Below the pieces are notes generated by a model. It was not told the origin of the DNA. It saw only the letters and a program-made list of their open reading frames with translations, and did not search any database. The position numbers and the translations under genes were made by a program. Of a stretch of 64,000 bases of DNA, positions 21,254-35,054 are shown in pieces (the first letter of the stretch is position 1; the number at the start of each line of letters is the position of its first letter). The DNA lies in assembly GCA_043228905.1 (NCBI GenBank), contig JBHGNT010000020.1, positions 10,044,001 through 10,108,000 of the forward strand. The letters run 5' to 3'. The DNA comes from Azolla caroliniana (Eukaryota; Plantae; Polypodiophyta).

Positions 21254-24200
21254 GATTGAGGCTCGAGTCCGTCTTGATCCCTTCTCTCGGGGATGGTCGA
21301 GTGGATCGGCACTCTCTTTCTGTCTCTCCTCTCTATTTTCTAATAATATATTTCCTTGTTTCATGCTTACATTAGGATCTAGCTTTAACACCCTCACAAA
21401 CATTGTACTAGTCATCCTAATATGTATTCGTCGCTATGGGTCATTGGTGGTAGATTGTTTATGTCTTTATCATATATCAGGAGTGGTTGGGAGGTTTGGG
21501 TTCCTTTATCCAAACTATCTACCTTTTGTTACTTCAAATCACACTATTGTTTAATAAGAGGTTCCTAACATGTAAAGTTATAATGTAATGCTTTTGTGAT
21601 TTCCCACAATGACCTAGTTTTGTGGTTTTATAGTTTCCCACGACAAGCCTTACACTTGCAATGCTCCTTGATCTTCTAACCACTCAAAATCACAAAAGTT
21701 GTATACCCATACTTATTGTTAAATTTATTCATACAAATGTAGGAACTTGCCAAGGATATGGATAATAATATCAAAACACTAACAAACTCTCGTTCTTGTT
21801 AATGCCTCTTGTTTATGCAATTCTCAACTTCTTTTGGTATTAATTACCTTGATCACACCATTCATAACATCCTTAAATTGAGATATTTGAATTCTATGCC
21901 ATGGCCCATAAACATATAATAGAACTCTACTAATATGAAGCCATGCATGTCCCTACCAATGCCTCCGCCTAGGAAGATGCGTTTTCCTCAACCAAAGTAC
22001 ATATTGTGGGCACCATGGCAATAATGAATACTATTTGAACCCATACCACCCTAACTCAACATGGAAACATCATGTGTTGCCAAGTAGTATGCCATATGCA
22101 GGTTGTCGATTGGTTAATATAAAATCCTTTATTTGTGTTGGGAAACTTGTGCTGTGAAGAGATGCCAAATGTTGATGTTCTTTCTAGTAGGAAGATAAAG
22201 TATCGTTATCACATTTCATATGGTGCGAATAACCTTTGTATTTGTGGGTCCACTTCAATTTAATTCACGTGCACTTGAAAAACATCTCGAAGTTCGTTCA
22301 TACGAAACAAAAGCCGAGTTGGGCTTTATTAGAACTTAAGACTTAGAGAAATTTAAACAAATAGGAAGAAGTTGTTTAGCAATAGGCAACAAATATTAAA
22401 TTCCCCTAGCTTTTCTAAGACTTTTACCATCATTACTCAACAAAATTGGTGAAGACATTCTTGACAATCGTCATTGTCATCATCTTCTTTCTTTCTTCTT
22501 CTAGAATATGGACACATATTCATCCTCATCTTTCCCTTTCCTTCGAATAATAGTAGTAGTTGTTGTTGTATTCATTGTGCTTGTTGGAACAAAAGACTCG
22601 GGTGGGTCATTTGGCCTTTCATGCTCACCAAAGCAACAACTGAACATATTTGTATGCACGTATGCATATATTATGGATAAGGTTGAATTTGGGAAACCTC
22701 AATAACCACTTTCCAACTCCATGTTAAAATGTGGATCATGATGTCCACGTTATCTTATCAACACTCTCGCAAGGTTGTAATCATCATCCCTTAAGTTTCC
22801 ATTATTTCCAAATGCCCCCAATGAACCCCCTAAATAGAGCACAAAATTATCATATATAGCATACATAATCAAGATAAAGGGATTAAATTAATCATACAAT
22901 TACCCAAATACCAAACTTGATTGATCAAGGGTACTTTTACAAACAAGAAGCACAATTTAAAAACATGAAAGCATTATTTTATTTTTATTGGAAAACCATA
23001 AAAACATTTGTGTTTAGTAGATGAGATAATCCAATGATTATGAGCTCAATTAAATTTATTTTGATTTTGAATATCTTGCTTGTGTCTAGTGTATTGTAGA
23101 AAACAATACTATTTTTTGATAAATGCCAAAAGGCTTCACTTAACCTCGTCTCAAGCACTTAATGGTATGGCTAGGAATGCTTGGTCAAACATGGGACACA
23201 AAGGTATTGATGATCATGGGTTATGTCAAGGATGCCATGCTTAATTGTGTGATTAAGAGAATACATGGTTAGACATGGAATGTAAAGGTGTTCATTGATG
23301 TGTATAGAATCTAGCATGATAGCGATATGATTAGGATAATGCAAGGTTTTATATTGTGCATGTGGAATGGGTATAGGTAGCATGGGTATTTATTTCATGG
23401 ATGGTAATGCATGGATCATAGGGAGGAAAAGGCAAGGTTTTAAAAGTCTGCATTCAAATGAAAAAATATCTCACTTGCCTAATGACGAACCTCACCCACC
23501 ACTTGATTACCAAATGAACACACCCAACTTATTCTCTCGTGGTTTATTTACAATTCTATGACATTATAATATTGTAGGTGACTCGTATTTGGTACACCAA
23601 GTACACAATATTAAGGGTTTGATCGATGCATCACATATGTGTGTTATTTTGGATACTCGTGATTAGTCTAGGCTAGAAAAGGTTAATTGAGTATCAATTA
23701 TTTAGTTTCCAAATAAAACATGTATTCTTGGGAGTTTGCTATGTTTCCTTAAAACATTCCATATAAGCTTCTTTATTTCCTTTTTTTTCTTGTTTATTTT
23801 ATTTTAACATAAACTACACCATAGTTTCCATTACCAATGCAATAAGCTAGCTTCTTTATTTCCTTAACATAATTGTCATCATATAAACAATTATTATGGC
23901 ATTGATCATGTCATATAGTTCTCAAAAGCCAATGTTCTATCATAATGTGTTGTGAGCTCAAACTCTTAGATATCTATCAATTTTTAATGCCCCAATGATT
24001 CGATGACCATAAACGTGCATAGTAATCCCAATCAAAATGTTGGACATATTACATGATGCATTTGGCCAATTGATAATCCTTAACTCATTTGATATATGTT
24101 TGGGTGTAAAGACGCAACTATATGAGGATATATGTAGCTTTGGGATCAAAGAACATGACATCATTGTAACTTTATTCCTATCCATGTGACATTGGCAACT

Positions 24201-27200
24201 TAGTTCACCTAGTTATACATTGGCTCCCTTAACCATGTCAATGATCAACTAGAAAGGCATTCTCATTGGCCTCTTAACATTATATAGTTTTACACCACTA
24301 CATACATAAGAGATACCATGGTACATTGTCTCTTACGATGATAATCAAGGCACAAAGCTTATAGATTTCTTAGCGCATAACGTGTTAGTTACAATTGTAC
24401 ACATTGTTTTTGCCCCTAGACTACATTCTAATGTTGTCTATAATTTGTTCATATGTAATTCATGCATTGATCCTAGGGTAGAAAGTAGACACCACGATGA
24501 CTTAGTATGGGATGTGTCCTCATGTCTATATTGAAAGCTAATTTTAAAGAAAGTCTAATCCATCAACCATGGTGATAGGATGGGTTGGGTATAATTAGGA
24601 TCCGTGAAGAATTGCAACTACATTTATTGTAGTCGACATAAGTATCCTAATATTATGATAAAAATCCATTCTATTGCATGTAAGATACAACCAATATTAT
24701 TATGATAAGCAATAGCTTTAGTAAAAGGTGTCTATGTTCCTTCAAACGCCGGATATTCAATTCTTATCAGTTGGAAACATTTATTAAGGGAATAAAATGC
24801 AACAACATCATACAAAATTGCTACCAAGTTTCAATTAAATGTAAAGATGTTGTATTATAAATAATTGTAAGTTTCAATAACACATGCAATTGTGTTTTTA
24901 TACGTGTTTGACATGAATATACCCATTGATGAATGCATGCCATGGTTCTTAAGGATCCACACATGAATATGTGGCCAAATATTCGGATGACAATGTTGGG
25001 AGGAGCGTGTATTGTAACCACCAATCATCGACTATGAAAATTTAATGAGAAGGTCATAAAGTAATCATTGTTGTTCCACGTAGAAGTCATAATTATTTAT
25101 ACTTGACAAGTAATTGGGTATACTCATTGAAAATAATCGTGTTAACAAAAACTATGTTGCATATATCATATTTGTCATTACGCATTGTGATAATTTTGGT
25201 AAAATTTGTATAATTGATACAATCATTATTTAAAATGCAAACACTTCAATCAGTCTAAGCATGTAATAACATGTACAACTTTAGTTGCATACACATGTCA
25301 GATTCCATAATTTCGATGGACATAGACCAACCATGAAAACACGTTATGATTAAATTAGTACAAATTGCAATTCTCTTAACTTTAAAGCAAACATAGGCAT
25401 GATAACAATAGTAATACATGTTGGTTTTATCAACTTAACTAATTCTCGTACATATTTGATTAGGATTGGAATTTTGCAATTCCTTTCCAATACTACCCTT
25501 TCTTTCATTTACTTGACCAATATTAATTAGATCACAAGAACACTACTGTTATGAATTGTCATGATAACATTAAGGATTTTACTTATAGCTGGAGCCTTGA
25601 AACCTCATATCGATACATTAATCTTCAAAGAAACCTATGATGTAATTCCTTTATCATTTGAACTATCCGATTGCATACTTTTTGTTTATTTTGGGCATGG
25701 CATAGCCATAAACACAGGGTAGATAGATTCTAGTTGTTACATGAACACTTTTTTTAGAAATGCTTCACATTATCTTTGGGACACATGAAAGTGAAGTAAT
25801 AACTCACAAAGAATCTAGAAAACCGAGGAGAGTGCAAACACTAGCAATATGCTATATTAATGACGTCAATACCCATGCATCATATTCTACGAATATGCTA
25901 TACAAGTCTTCTCATGTGTGTGTAAATGCAAATAAGCCTCGTGGTATTGTATGGAACTTGATAATACTTAAGAAGGAAACTTCATTTTCAAACTAAGCTA
26001 TAAATGTACTTTTAGAAGTTCGGTTTTATTCTTCCTAGATATAAAAGTTAATTCAAACATTGTAAACATATATAGCTATGACACCTACAATATGGATAGA
26101 CGAACAAAGACAAAACTTGTAAACATTCTTAAAATGTGTCACCTTTAATTTACAATGCGCCACCATCAAATCTTGTCTTCCACAATCACTTTATATGTCT
26201 CTAAATTATGATACGAGTGCATGTCACAATAGAAACAATGCTCAAATATAAGGGTGACCTTAATAGAAATGGATTCCTAAAGCAATCTCGAAATTACAGC
26301 TTTCTTATGATTTTTTAGATTACTTTTTTGAGTGGAATGGTGTCTCAATGAGAAATAGGAAGTCAATATTCAACCTAACACAATAACTATGACAACTTGC
26401 ACATGCTCGGTTATTCCTCCCATTTGCTCTTCGTGTTAAGATGAATGTTTGGAACATATGTTGATGTAAATTGCATAATGAAGTGTGGATGATCTCCAAA
26501 TCACCATTTTCATGAAACTCATGTGTGATCTTGATGATCATACAAGCCAGGGATTATACAAAGGGGCTTGACATTGTTCTTTAAAAGGCACTTGCATGCA
26601 TACATTTTAGTTTTAACATTGAGAATTCATCAATCTTTGACAACATTTAAAATATATATCAAGTCAATCTAAACTTGACTAAGTAGGGAACATGTAACTA
26701 GTTTTAAACCATACTTGAGTTTCAACTCAATAATGTCGTATCGAATATAAAAAATCAAAACATCTATTGTTATCAATCCATCGCGTACAGAGGAACTGTT
26801 GATTTGTATAATCTGTCATTGCATTTGGTTGAAAAGCATGTGGTGTGAAGCTACCATGTCTTGTAACATCTGACCTTTCTTTTGTGGTAGTGAATGCGAA
26901 TAATTGAATACATCTAAAAATGCATTCCATGGCCGAGTGTAAGAGTTTGAAGTTGACAGGTTATCAAATGCAATGAAAACACGACCAATAAATCACATGA
27001 TTACAATGACATAGAGGCATGTCACTACTTTTATTCTTGCAACAAATATCTATAAATAAAATAGACATTTTATTAGTGATGTGAGGAATTCAATTTAATA
27101 TCATAAAATCGAAGCTAATGGGCTCGTGGATTGTGGTGCAAAAGTGGGGAGGCACAAAAATGAAGTGCATTGGCAAGGGAAAGAAGATGGGAATTGGTAT

Positions 27201-27974
27201 ACATGCCTAACATGTACGTACTACAATATCAAACAAATGTTCTAGGCTTTAAGATAAAAACTATTAATCAAGTTATCTAATGGCAACCAAACCTCTCAAC
27301 ATCGTCACAATATTCATTCAATCTCGAGCGGTAACATGTCATGTCACTTTAATCGTAAATGTTTCAGGATTGAATGAATTAGAGATGAGATGAAATTGTA
27401 GCCATGTTCATGGCCCTCACAAGGGATGTGTAAAACTCGCCAACGAATTGTAGCCATTTTTCCACGACCAAATTTGATGACCCATGGCGAAGTTTCGAAA
27501 AGAAGAAGTAGGAGATAAAATCTGATCAATCCATAACAAACTTTTTGGGCAGTTTTGGACTTGGCATGTAAAAAGAAGACCAAACTTGGTATGTAAAAAA
27601 GAAGAAGAAAAAACAGAGATTCATGAAAAGACAACAAACTGTGTGTCTAATCCATATACAATATCTAACCTAGATCCCCCTCAAAAGATAACTAGGAATA
27701 TTCATGCCTCATACATTTTTTAATCACATATACGAAAATATGCTGCTGTTTTTTAAATTTTTTGCTAATTAGTTAATTAGCTACCAATTATTTGTAGATG
27801 GTGGTATGTGGCTAGACATTAAATACTTATTATTATTATGTTACTCATTTTTTCTTTCAATAAAACAATAGCAATAAAAAAATCTGAGTGGGATGTGGAT
27901 GTGGTGGCTCCATGCAAATTTTCTTAAAGCCCACCAATTTTATAGTTTGAAAGCTTTTTTTGACAACTTTTAAT

Positions 27975-28460
27975 GCAGTAGTAGTAACAGTCCTCCTCTG
28001 ATTCAATGCAGTAAGTATACTTTACATACAACATAACAGACACATACATATGATAGATACATTACATACATACATACATACATACATACAGTAGTAGTAA
28101 GTTGTAACAGTCCTCTGATTCAATGCAGTATACTTTGCATACATATAAAGTACACATACATACATACATGCATACACATACCATACAGCAGTAGTAACAG
28201 TCTTCTGATTCAATGCAGTATACTTTGCATACACATAACATACACACACATGCATACATACATACATACATACATTTGCATAACCTACATGTGTGTATGT
28301 GTAGCAATGGTAAAGCTGTCCATGTATATAGCATACACACACACACACACGTGCAGTGTACGGATTCAGTACATCATTATGCATATGTATGTGAGTGTAT
28401 AGATACATATATGTATGTATGTATGTGTAAGTGTACATTTTCATGTGTGCATAGTTAGTG
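27975..28460. repeat. Three imperfect ~100-bp repeats interleaved with (TACA)n/(TATG)n microsatellites, upstream of the BOR gene
   Basis: Core GTAACAGTCCTCTGATTCAATGCAGTATACTTT(G)CATAC recurs at ~27984, ~28104 and ~28194. Confidence 0.8.
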
Positions 28461-28771
28461 GGCATGTATGTCTCTATTTAGTCAGTTCTGAATATGAACA
28501 ATGGGCTGCACTGAGATTTGCAGAGCTTTTCCATGTTCAAATCAATCTGTCACCAGCCATCATCATCATCATCATTGTCATCATCATCTTCTTCTTCTTC
28601 TTAAGTAATCTAGTTAACATTGAAGTGTTTTTTTTGTTTGTTTTAGTTTCAAGCCTCTACATCAACATCCTCTGTTCCTCCTATAACTAGATTTCTATCA
28701 CTCTTTCATCCTACCCTGTTTCAACATTCTGTTGTGTATAGGTAAGTGGCTCTGATAGCCATCATCACATA

Positions 28772-28791
28772 ATGTAAGGCTCATGAACTGA
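28772..28791 (+). promoter_or_regulatory. Minimal uORFs (ATG-TAA and ATG-AAC-TGA) in the putative BOR 5' leader
   Basis: ATGTAA at 28772-28777 and ATGAACTGA at 28783-28791, ~230 nt before the BOR start. The transcript structure is unknown. Confidence 0.45.
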
Positions 28792-29003
28792 TGATAATAT
28801 GCACAGATATAAACCATCAATTCGAACAAAGCATTTAGTTAGAAGCAGGATCAATATATGTATGCCATAATCAATCATCCAATGACTCTGCAATAGCTTA
28901 GATAAAACCACAAGTTTGGAAGCGTTGTGAAGTGTGTATAAGAGGCACAGAGTGTCTATAATAGATTGAAGAGGTATATGAGAAAAAGAAGTATCTTCAT
29001 ATC

Positions 29004-32000
29004 ATGAATATAGAAGATCATCGTGCTCCCTTCGATGGGATAAAGAAGGACATAAAAGGAAGGTTAAAATTCTACAAGGCGGATTGGACTAGTGGATTTT
29101 CCTCTGGTTTCAGGTAATTATGGATGCATGCTGTTTCTTTCTTTACCTTTTGCCTGGTTTTCTGACACCCAGAAGGTTGTAAGTACGATAGCTATGTCTT
29201 ATGTGTCGTCTTCAAATGCAGAATCTTTGCTCCAACAACATACATATTCTTTGCATCTGCCATTCCAGTTATCTCATTCGGAGAACAGCTCGATCGAGAC
29301 ACAAGTAAGACCTTTTTTCTTGTGTCTACTCTGTCTGCTCATTAAAACTTCTACAAGTACGGTATACACGTATTATACATAAACCCATACGTATATGCCT
29401 GATTGTGTATGTGTATACATGTATGTATACAAGCATATATCTACTTATTTATGTATGTGAGCATGTATGCATCATACAAATATACGTATATATGTCTGTA
29501 TGATGCTTGCACACATACATATATCCCCTAACTGTGCTTATAAATATGAGCGTTTAGAAGGAAACCCCTCCATGTCCATGTTCCAGAGTTTAGGGCAATT
29601 TGCAGTCCATAAAATCTGAATCCATGGTGTCTTCAAATGGCCAACGTTATTCATGTGTCATTGATATCTTTGACAGATGGACTCATCACTGCTGTTCACA
29701 CATTGGTTTCTACTTCATTGTGTGGGATCATACATTCTATCATCGGAGGACAGCCATTATTGGTTCTTGGTGTTGCTGAGCCTACAGTCATTATGTATAC
29801 ATTCATGTACAGCTTTATAAAGGATAGGAGTGACATTGGGCCGAGACTGTTTCTAGCTTGGTGTGGATGGTAACAAACCTCAGGACTTTGTTTTCCATTT
29901 ATTCGTTAACTTGGGCCACAAATTTGTAATCTAATTTGAAAATTGTGGCGTGCTGTTGTTTTCCGAGGGAAAAACTCACCAATAACTTTGAATTTCTTAT
30001 TTATTTCCCAAATGCCCCCAGTTTCTCTTTATTTCACCCAATTTCGTTGGTCAATGCCGTCTCGAGAAATTATATGTTCTATTTGAGAAATTCTTTGATC
30101 AATTCATGTCCTTCTTCTCTTTTCAGGGGTTAGTTAACTAGGGGGTTTTGTGGAAATGATGAATCTCATGGACGTTTGGATTAATAAAGAAAAAATCGGG
30201 TACTGCTGAGTTTTTCTCTGTTATTATCATGTAACCCTAAAGGCATATGAACTGTTGACATATAGGGTTTGCATTTGGACATCAGCATCACTATTCTTAA
30301 TGGCGATACTTGGTGCATGTTCCATCATAAATCAGTTTACTAGAGTGGCAGGAGAACTTTTTGGATTTTTAATAGCTATTTTGTTCATGCAACAAGCTAT
30401 CAAGGTGTCACTTCCTTTCTTTCTATATGATATTTATAGTCATTTCAATTTGGCCATTCAAAATATGATTTGGGCTTACCATAAGCTAGGTCTCAGGGTA
30501 TTATAGAAGAGTTTCAAATCCCAAAGCTTGCTGATAAGTCATTGGATGAGTATAAGCCTGCATGGCTCTTTGCCAATGGCATGTTTGGTATGGTGCTTTC
30601 TTTTGGATTGCTTTGGACAGCGTTGAAAAGCCGAAAAGCTCGATCGTGGAGATATGGCACAGGTAAGGAGTTATTTCAAACAAATATATATAGATTATAT
30701 ATGTATTGAACCTAGATATCTTCACATGGATATCTGTATTGAACCTAGAAAAAACACCTAAATATGCTTGTTTCAATCAAAAAATGTAAAAGTATGCTTG
30801 CTTATTTGCGAACGTTACCTATATGCGCATCACTCAAAGTTGAGGCCCCTAATTGCATGAAAAGGAAGATTAAGCTGACTTTTTTTATTAAAATGGTTAT
30901 CAGGTAAATTTAGAGGAATTATAGCTGACTATGGAGTACCATTAATGGTTCTCGTGTGGACGGCATTATCATATTCATCCTCGAAGAATGTACCGTCTGG
31001 CATTCCAAGGCGACTTTTCAGCCCAAATCCATGGTCACATAGTGCTTCAAGAAACTGGACTGTTATTAAGGTGAGTCTTTATGTCAAAATCTTTGATGCG
31101 TTTTTTTTCCTCATTTCATTTGGGGAATATGTTAGAATTTAAGTTGTGGAATAATTCAAAGAGGGTCTCTTGTGGTTTTTTAGGAAATGGGGGAAGTTCC
31201 GATAATTTACATTTTTGGTGCCTTCATCCCAGCTACCATGATAGCTGTTCTCTACTACTTTGATCACAGTATTGCATCTCAACTGGCTCAACAAAAGGAG
31301 TTTAACTTGACAAAACCATCAGCATTCCACTATGATTTATTTCTTCTAGGCTTTCTGGTAGTATGTTGGCCTCAAGCATGATCCAATCAATTATCACTAT
31401 CATATTTGATGCAAAATTAGAGTGACCCTTTTCTTTTTGGACAGGTAATGATATGTGGATTAATTGGGATACCTCCTTCAAATGGTGTTATTCCCCAGTC
31501 TCCAATGCATACAAAAAGCTTAGCAACACTAAAACATCAGGTCTAAAGAGACATGCTCAATGAAAATTTCCTAAAACACATGTTCTAAGTTCTGTAGATG
31601 TATGAATAGACATATGTATCCATCCTGCAACGTATGCATCATGTGATTCTGGTTAGGTATGTGCACACGTGATGCACATCAAGTTCAGAAACAGATTAGA
31701 ACTATGAATTTCTCTATGCGTATGCATAATTTAATATATATCAAAGGATCTTATGTACTAACTTTGTTAAATAAAATCTGTAGCTCGTTCGTAAGAAGAT
31801 TGTCAAAGCAGCAAGAAGAAGTATTGATCATAATGTAACTCTGGCTGAGCTTTATGAGAACATGAAAGAAGCTTTTAAGCAGACAGGGACTCCATTGGAC
31901 TTGCACACCCCATCCTTCCGGGTAAATAATATGTTCAAATTCAGCAGTTACATTTTAATATATTTGGAATCAAGATTTGGTGCATTTCGTACAATATTTG

Positions 32001-33598
32001 GTGGTTAGTTGATCTAGTTGGATATATACACCGATCAGATTATTATGTAAGAAGTAAAAGGACATATTATAGCTAAGTGTTCTTTTTGCGCTTCATAAAT
32101 TGGAAATGTGCAGGCATTGAAAGAACTAAAAAGAAGCACATTACAACTGGCTGCAAGCAATGGGTGTCTTCACACTCCGGTTGATGCTAGCATCTTCGAT
32201 CCCGAGAAGGATGTTGATGACCTGTTGCCTGTGGAGGTAAAAGAGCAAAGGCTAAGCAATTTGTTGCAGTCATTGATGGTTGGAGGGTGTGTCGGAGCAA
32301 TGCCACTATTGAAAAAGATCCCGACCTCTGTTTTGTGGGGTTACTTTGCTTATATGGCTATAGATAGTCTACATGGAAGCCAATTCTGGGAAAGGATACT
32401 CCTCCTTTTCACCCCACCCAGTCGCCGATATAAGTATGAATACCATCTATGCTTCAAATTAAATGTATATTTTGAGTTATGTGTTATGAGCATATTTATA
32501 ATCATATACCCATCATGTGGAGCACATTGTATTCAGTGCTTGCAGAAAAACTTCAGCTTAAAAGGAAAAAATGAAAAGAGGCAGATGGGATTCAAACTAT
32601 TATGCTTTAGGGAAGTATCAAGTAACATTCCTCTAGGGATGCAAATACCTAATATTAACTATCTAAATCAAATTATACAAATCCATTAACCCTCCAGCCA
32701 TGCTCCCAGATGTTCCTCATCTGCATGGCAGGGACTCATGAGAGATAGAGCTGAGGATCATTCTGTAATGAGAATGGTTTATGCATTTGTTAAAAAAAAA
32801 AGGGAAATTAATGATATGTTAAATAGTAATTTAGGTCAGAGATAATGGATTAACTTGAACACAATAACCTCCATTGACATATATGCTTATATAAAACTTC
32901 GGCTAGAAAACCGATGATTCGTAATCAGCCTTATGACTATTCTTCCTTATGTATAGGGTTCTTGAAGAATCGCATGGTTCATTCGTCGAGGCTGTTCCAT
33001 TCAAGGTAATCAGCACTTTCACTTTATTTCAGCTTGTGTACCTATCCGCGTGCTTCGGAATCACTTGGATTCCTTTGGCTGGAGTACTATTTCCTCTGCT
33101 CATCATGCTTCTAGTTCCGGTGAGGCGATACATCTTACCGAGATTCTTCAAAGCTGCTCATTTACAAGAACTGGATCGGGCCGAGTATGAAGAAGCTGCT
33201 CCAATGAATCATGACATGGCAATGAGGGTATGTATATCATGAATTCATTTCCAATGCATACATGTGCTATCTATATCATTGTTCATTTCTGATTCTGTAC
33301 AGAAGAGAAATATTCACTAAAATTGTTGAGTAATTTGCATACAAAGAATTTGCATTTTGCATCAATTAACTTGATGGTTCTTTCTTTTTCCTTTTTATAG
33401 GAGGCCAATGAAACCGGATTAGGAAGGGCATGTTGGTTGGATGATGAATATGACGAGGGTGAGGTGTTTGATGAGATGATGACGAGTGGTCGTGGTGAAA
33501 TTCGTCATTGTCTTAGCTATACCTCTGATGTGATCGACAATGAAAATATGAATGAGGTTTCATGTGGGGCACAACCAGTTCAAGGACCGTGCCCCTAG
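29004..33598 (+). CDS. BOR1: Boron (borate) efflux transporter, BOR1/SLC4 family; 12 coding exons, ~684 aa
   Basis: Exons 29004-29113, 29222-29304, 29677-29869, 30266-30404, 30497-30662, 30904-31070, 31184-31357, 31445-31540, 31784-31921, 32114-32433, 32957-33227, 33401-33598; all introns GT-AG and in phase. Motifs [54 protein letters not shown]. Exact orthology is uncertain. Confidence 0.95.
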
Positions 33599-35054
33599 TC
33601 TTAATTAATATACTGCTCATACAAATGGGAAAATAGGCGGTATAAACAAACTACTGCCCCGATGACTGCGCCCTTTGTCTTAATTTAACATATGCTCCTA
33701 TTAATGAGAGAATAGGTGATAGAAACAACTAACAACAATATCGTCGTAGTTCTTGACCAATTTTACAATTGAAAACTGCCCATTGAACAATTAGTGTCCA
33801 TCGTGTGAACTAAAAATAAATTGAGCATCGGTGAGCACATCCAGCAAGTTATTTTTTTTGAGATAGTGTCCATAATGTATAAGTTGAAACATTATTAAAA
33901 TTCCTATGGATGGCTTGACATAATCAGAGATTTGTCTCTCCTCTCCCGGAAGGCCTATGTTTAAAACCAAATTATGACTTTGATATAGACATATCAGTTT
34001 GTGTTGTATGAAAACAGAAAGTGAATTTCTAGTTAGTGTTGTTACTAGCATAAACATCACTCAGAACAAATTGATGCATTGCTGATCCTTCTATTTGTAA
34101 AGGCACCATGTTTTTTATGTATATATTTTTTACTTATTTACAAAATAATGATCAATTATTAAGTTGAATCCTAAGGTATCTTTATCAAAATGAGCTATTA
34201 TAAGTAATTCTACACATTGAATCAGGTTGTTGAAGAGCTATACCTAATTACACCATGGTTTTTATATCATCGGCTGTATTTCTCATCAAAAGGATGATCA
34301 ACAATGAAGTTAAATCCTATAGGCCGTTTCGATCTGAATACCTACAACCGAATTTCTTATTTAGTAATTTCTACAATTTGATCGTGATTGGTGAATGTTT
34401 AACTAATTACGTTATATTTTAAGATGTGGATAATGTTTATTTAGATCATGATTACCCACTCCAATAGTAGTAAATATTGGTAGTCTTGGTTAAGCCTAAT
34501 GAAAAAACCCTTCAAAAGAGTGATTGGAATAATTGGCTTGTAACCCATGGAATTTGAAACACCAAGTTGAAACACTTAAAAAAAACAAATTGAATGTTAA
34601 CAAAGCACACACATGATTTGTCTCGAATGTATGAGGAAAGTTCATATTGATGTTGAGATAATTATATTCAAATTTTGATGATGATGAGTGATATCCATTG
34701 ATTACTGGTACTAATAAATGAGGTGATTGGGAAGGAAGTGGAGTGATTAGTTGGAACCAACATGGGATTGAGTAGGGATTGATGGATTAATTTCAATAGA
34801 TGATTCATTAGCGATCATATATTGGAGTTATTAGTAAATGAGTTATTGGAGTAGTTAATTAACAAGCAATCTCATGCTGAGATGGATTGGATTAGTGAAT
34901 AATCGCTAGACTAGATGGGAATTAATGAGTGATTAGACTTAAGATTAACCTTATAATGTGTTATGGGGCACTATAAATTAAGTTTTGCAACTAGTCTTAT
35001 AACATAGTATATGCATAAAAGATTGTTGGCTATATGGTAATGATAATTGTTATT

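Larger units (their letters stand above)
14775..21390 (+). mobile_element. Solo LTR of family A (~456 bp: 14775-15098 plus 21259-21390), split by the chromovirus
   Basis: TSD CCCTC at 14770-14774 and 21391-21395. Starts TATTATGGGCATGACC (TG>TA), ends TTTAACA; TATA GCTATAAATA; homologous to 20717-21181. Confidence 0.88.

Noticed and set aside
21400-27900. AT-rich stretch with short ORFs (38300-41500 is similar)
   Set aside because: No motif, splice pattern or repeat structure I can support; probably ancient decayed transposons.
28022-28465. C/V/Y/M-rich and H/T-rich ORFs
   Set aside because: Translations of (TACA)n/(TATG)n microsatellites.
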